Assembly: GCA_000091205.1 (NCBI GenBank) | Contig: AP006492.2 | Origin: Cyanidioschyzon merolae | Taxonomy: Eukaryota | DNA: 64,000 bases | Direction: 5' to 3' (one strand) | In this document: positions 62,607 to 64,000 of the stretch, one piece after another | Layout of the letters: every line of letters starts with the position of its first letter | How positions within the stretch are numbered: the stretch's first letter is position 1 | Notes under the pieces: generated by a model | What the model was told of the DNA's origin: nothing | Database searches by the model: none | The model's input: only the letters and a program-made list of their open reading frames with translations | Program-made: the position numbers and the translations under genes

Positions 62607-64000
62607 ATGTCGTGCGCGGACGGAGCGCTAGCGTCTTTGATGACCACAGTGCATAACGCGATTGCAAACACGGCGACTTGTTTGCAGCAGTGTCTAGAGA
62701 CACTGACTGAGGACTTGAGGTCGCAGTTGTGCTCTGGGCAGCAACAGCAGGTCGTACCGCAGCGGCGCCGCGAGCTCTTCTTTCGTCTGCGTGCATGGGC
62801 TGCGGCCACTGCACGAAGCAAAGTTCGCATACTAGAGTTTGCGACGTCTGGTGCCAACGCGTTACGACAAAATGGCGTCATCAGTTTCGACGAACAGCTT
62901 TTAGAGTGGTTTGCTACGCAGCTTGCGCATGTTCAGCCTGAGGATAGAAACGGAAACTCTATCGTTTCTCCTCCAGAGACACACCATCTGGCAGCCTTGT
63001 TCGTGCTCGTGGAAGCGCTTCGAAGTTGGATTCAGGTCCAGACCAAGCTTGTCAACTTGCAGCGGACAGGTCAACACACGAAAAAGCGTGTGCAGGAGTT
63101 GGAAACTTTGGAGGAGTGGTATGAATGGTGGCGATCGAAGGGTCTAGCAGCCTTGTGGCGCATCGTAAGTGAGGCTTTCTTGAAGCTCCTTTACGGACTC
63201 GCTTCGGAGCGGGGACTGCTCGAGTTTCCAGCATCCAACCTCCGGAGCACAGCAGAAGCACATCTGGGCATGCGACTGTGGCTCATTTCAGTGTTAGAGC
63301 GTATGATGCTGCTTTGGATGGAGGTTTTTCTGCAAAATACTGTCGATCCTGCAGTGGAAATCAGCGACACCGACTCCTCGACAGAAAGCGAGCAGAGTAT
63401 TCACCTGCCGCCGAGTGGCTGGCCAGAAGCGCTCGCGCTCTACAGTGTTCGGCTTGTGCAGGGCGTTGCAGCCGTGTTCGCGTTCGCCTCCAGGGAGGCG
63501 TCCAGGTCATCACCATCATTATCATCATCATTACCGACGCCGTCGTCGCCGTATTTGAACCTTGCGCTAACCACCATGGAGGCTACACGCATCCTGAGTC
63601 GAGTACATTGCACCTGCTGGGCATCTCCAGAGCAAGCCAAACAGTTTCTGATCTCCCTCATGCGCGCACTCTTCAAAAGTACGGACCCGGCGCTCCGGAC
63701 GACATCAGCGGTCACCTTCGAGGAAGTCGCCCGCGACGCGCTTCACTTTGATGTTATGCGACTTGTGGTGCGGTCGCACGGTCTCGACGCCGTGTGCCTT
63801 GCGATGGAGCAGATAGCCGCGGGCGAGGTATCCAGCCCCAGCGGCTTATGGATGGCTCTCTGTCACTGCGGCTCAGCGTGGATGGAGTCGCCCGATGTAG
63901 TGAACGCTTTGGTCGCTGCGGATCTGCAGGAAGCAGAACAAACCGACGAGCGCATGGTTGACCTTGTTGATGGCTTCCTCAACATGTGGGACAGCACCCT
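62607..64000 (+). CDS. Hypothetical protein, 5' partial view. The ORF runs off the 3' end of the window and is absent from the supplied ORF track because it has no in-window stop.
   Basis: Manual translation from the ATG at 62607 (MSCADGALASLMTTVHNAIANTATCLQQCLETL...) stays open for more than 464 codons, to position 64000, with host-like codon composition. It includes a Ser-rich tract (SSPSLSSSLPTPSSP). No recognised domain. Confidence 0.4.
   Translation, partial: MSCADGALASLMTTVHNAIANTATCLQQCLETLTEDLRSQLCSGQQQQVVPQRRRELFFRLRAWAAATARSKVRILEFATSGANALRQNGVISFDEQLLEWFATQLAHVQPEDRNGNSIVSPPETHHLAALFVLVEALRSWIQVQTKLVNLQRTGQHTKKRVQELETLEEWYEWWRSKGLAALWRIVSEAFLKLLYGLASERGLLEFPASNLRSTAEAHLGMRLWLISVLERMMLLWMEVFLQNTVDPAVEISDTDSSTESEQSIHLPPSGWPEALALYSVRLVQGVAAVFAFASREASRSSPSLSSSLPTPSSPYLNLALTTMEATRILSRVHCTCWASPEQAKQFLISLMRALFKSTDPALRTTSAVTFEEVARDALHFDVMRLVVRSHGLDAVCLAMEQIAAGEVSSPSGLWMALCHCGSAWMESPDVVNALVAADLQEAEQTDERMVDLVDGFLNMWDST

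Noticed and set aside
1-64000. tRNA and rRNA genes
   Set aside because: A by-eye search for box A/B-like motifs (TRGCnnAGTGG, GGTTCGAnTCC) and rDNA-like conserved stretches found nothing convincing. A proper tRNAscan or Infernal run is needed for a definitive negative.

Overview
This window is GC-rich eukaryotic nuclear DNA of roughly 60% GC, with distinctly lower-GC islands. The genome is compact and apparently intron-poor: whole conserved proteins are encoded in single ORFs, and convergent genes sit tens to hundreds of bp apart.

Recognisable genes include a GapA/B-type (Calvin-cycle) plastid GAPDH, an ATS1-type plastid glycerol-3-phosphate acyltransferase, a PlsC-type LPAAT and an Obg GTPase. 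Also present are the centriole cartwheel protein SAS-6, a transcriptional cyclin, a bZIP factor, a TBC RabGAP, a METTL2/6/8-type methyltransferase, an ABCA half-transporter, COX6A and an alpha/beta-hydrolase-fold protein. A J-domain protein with CpcE/NblB-type HEAT repeats sits next to a second HEAT-repeat gene, and a protein with three DUF4379-type zinc ribbons is also encoded. Together these point, by inference only, to a flagellate green-lineage (or green-plastid-bearing) alga with a compact genome.

The accessory content is the most interesting part:
- Two decayed copies of a roughly 2.3-2.7 kb low-GC element encode a TnpB/Fanzor-like RuvC nuclease, that is, the OMEGA / RNA-guided endonuclease family.
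- Each copy is followed by a homologous spacer and a copy of a short interspersed repeat, which I call R1.
- All seven R1 copies, and both copies of a second repeat (R2), lie in the same orientation immediately 5' of plus-strand genes.
- Two 5'-truncated non-LTR (LINE-like) 3' fragments end in the same R1 tail module.
- There are several in-frame mini- and microsatellites.

No rRNA, tRNA or CRISPR features were found. All boundaries of repeats and elements are approximate, read by eye.
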